From: Schizochytrium sp. TIO01
Lineage: Eukaryota > Protista > Bigyra: Labyrinthulomycetes
Length of the DNA: 64,000 bases
Direction: 5' to 3'
NCBI GenBank assembly: GCA_004764695.1
Contig: SMSO01000025.1
Location: 1,736,001-1,800,000, forward strand
Shown here in pieces: positions 62,172 to 64,000 of the stretch. The notes below the pieces were generated by a model. That model worked only from the letters and a program-made list of their open reading frames with translations. It was not told where the DNA came from and ran no database searches. Position numbers and translations under genes: made by a program. Each line of letters opens with the position of its first letter. The first letter of the stretch is position 1.

Positions 62172-63954
62172 CTCGCAAAGGAAGACCGGCAAACACTTGG
62201 CAAGTCCTGCTCTAACGCGGTTCTAGCTCACCTAGAGTTGAATGGGAAAGTTCGAGTGTGCTTGGAGCGCCTCACCCTGGGCGCAGTACAAAACCAATTA
62301 GCGCAAAAGCCGTCGTTTGCTGAAGCCCCGCGACTTTGATTCACTCTCGTGTTCACCACCTTGACTATCTTTCTTCTTCTTCTCCTTGTTTGATAATTTT
62401 ATAACTTTAGAACTCCCTATTAGTTGTTATTAGATAACTCATTATTAGGAAGGTGATAAAATCATCCAGTGTATTCAATTTTGCAACGTTGAATGGTTTG
62501 AGAAATGGTCTTGTGGTTGTCAACATTCCTTGTGTCATGCGAGTATCCGGACCTTAGATAAAAGAGATATTGGGGATGCTTGTCCGTGGAAAAGAGAGTA
62601 AACCAAGATTCGGTTTCTGGGTCTAACATTGCAAACGACCCGATTTGCATAAAGTCAATCGAAGTTCACTAAAAATCCAAGTTGTCGAGACCGAGTTGCT
62701 AGAAAGCTCAAGAGAACGCGTGGCCATCTTCTATTATCTGAAGCTAGTAGAAGAAAAGATACACTTCACAACCGCCGAAATGTTTCCAGCATTTCCTTTT
62801 GTGAACAATGACGATGGTGATCGGGGCAATCGTCACGTAAGTCACTTGGACCTGCTACTAACTTTGTTAGGTGATCTTTTGAGATTCCTTCGCGTGCCAA
62901 TTTCCAGGATCATTGTCGCGAATGTGCACCGAGTGGCCAAAGTAAGGAAGATCGTGTCTTCCTGCTTGATCGCAAGACCTATAACATGTAGTAGAATCAG
63001 CAATTATTGGGTACCAACACACCTTGCTTTGCGAGAACGAAAACACTGGTCGTGTCAAAACATTTGCCTCACTCGTCCAAACAACAGAAGTCTAGCAAAC
63101 ATTTTGTCAATGGCGAACCCTGAAAGTAAACCTCATCACCTTGAATCAACAATCATATATCACTCCAAGCGGCGTGAAGATTTACATCCGTTCTACGTAC
63201 TACCTGGTTTTGTGACTCTTTCTTCATTTGCACTAGCTAGAAGATCGAGTAAACGAACCCTGATCTGCTCCTGCGGTTTCTATGCACCCTGGGTCCCTAC
63301 TACTGGGCAACTGTGATTTTTGATGTCGCCAGCAGCCTCGGAAACGCCAGCAAGTCCTGCAAAAGTAGCAGCGCTCCGAGTTCTAGGAACGACGATATAG
63401 TCCGAAACCCACGAATAAATTGCAATCTCCACAAATAATCGGGATTTCGAGCACTCAGCGCTCCGGACGCGTCAGTCGAGTAATATCCGCACTGCACCAT
63501 TTGTAAGTTCTGAAGGAAATCCTTGCCGAAGGCTGCTCCTTTACGGCAAAGCTAGCCACCCGCTAGGACTTCTTCACCAGTGACTGCTCTAACCCTACAA
63601 AAGGAGAAGATATTTGGTGTAATTTAAAGGCCTATGTTTATAGAACCTTGCTACTACGGACTAGGACTAGGAAAAGTATTTGGTCTAATTGAGACGATAA
63701 CAATCCAGGACAGTGAAGTTAGTTTTGGGCGAGAGGACAAGTCAAAGTGAATGATTGACAGTGCCTTGAAAATTACAAGTAGGGTATATGTGGTCTACAG
63801 TACAGAATACTACTCGTAAAGTGAAGAATAGGGGATGCGTACAGAGGAGCAAAGGCGGAGCCAGATTGCCGCAGCAGACCCGCATTACCTGAGCAAACTT
63901 TCTGTGATTCTCAAGTTTTCGACTCCGTCGTCTTTCCGTTAAGCTCCAGCAAAG

Positions 63955-64000
63955 ATGCAGGCCTCCCTCGCTAACGTCGCTCGCCGCACTGGCCTCAACG
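63955..64000 (+). CDS. Possible start of a gene with a mitochondrial-type presequence (cut by window edge)
   Basis: ATG CAG GCC TCC CTC GCT AAC GTC GCT CGC CGC ACT GGC CTC AAC = MQASLANVARRTGLN with highly biased codons. Confidence 0.4.
   Translation, partial: MQASLANVARRTGLN

Noticed and set aside
62462-63500. Gene in ORFs 62645-63316 (+) or 63300-63500 (-)
   Set aside because: No recognisable motif and frequent stops in the alternative frames; it may be a decayed or spliced gene but cannot be supported.

Overview
Gene-dense eukaryotic DNA with short or absent introns and microsatellite-rich spacers. Gene content and style suggest a stramenopile protist, probably a thraustochytrid/labyrinthulomycete (inference). 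About 20 protein genes can be supported: a plasmepsin-V-like aspartic protease, a multi-SNARE protein, MoaA/MOCS1A, a histidine phosphatase/PGM, CTF18, a pseudo-receiver/TPR/EF-hand/cNMP protein, RPS24, an RCC1-permease fusion, RMND1, UPRT, a DnaJ, YIPF6, a split Alba gene, a TPR-methyltransferase, an RRM/SR-like protein, Rab5, EMC8/9 and RabGGTase beta. The most striking object is 7277-9364. It appears to be a complete Qa+Qb+Qc t-SNARE in one chain: a syntaxin-17-like Qa motif and glycine-zipper hairpin anchor, a DysF domain, then SNAP25/29-like Qb and Qc motifs. Other unusual fusions are a 7-blade RCC1 propeller on a nucleobase-type permease and a multi-sensor TPR protein. Four frameshifts fall at short homopolymers and are most likely assembly errors. 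Decayed transposon-like relics and an 86-bp tandem repeat lie at about 41-44.6 kb. All family assignments come from motif recognition by eye; no searches were run.
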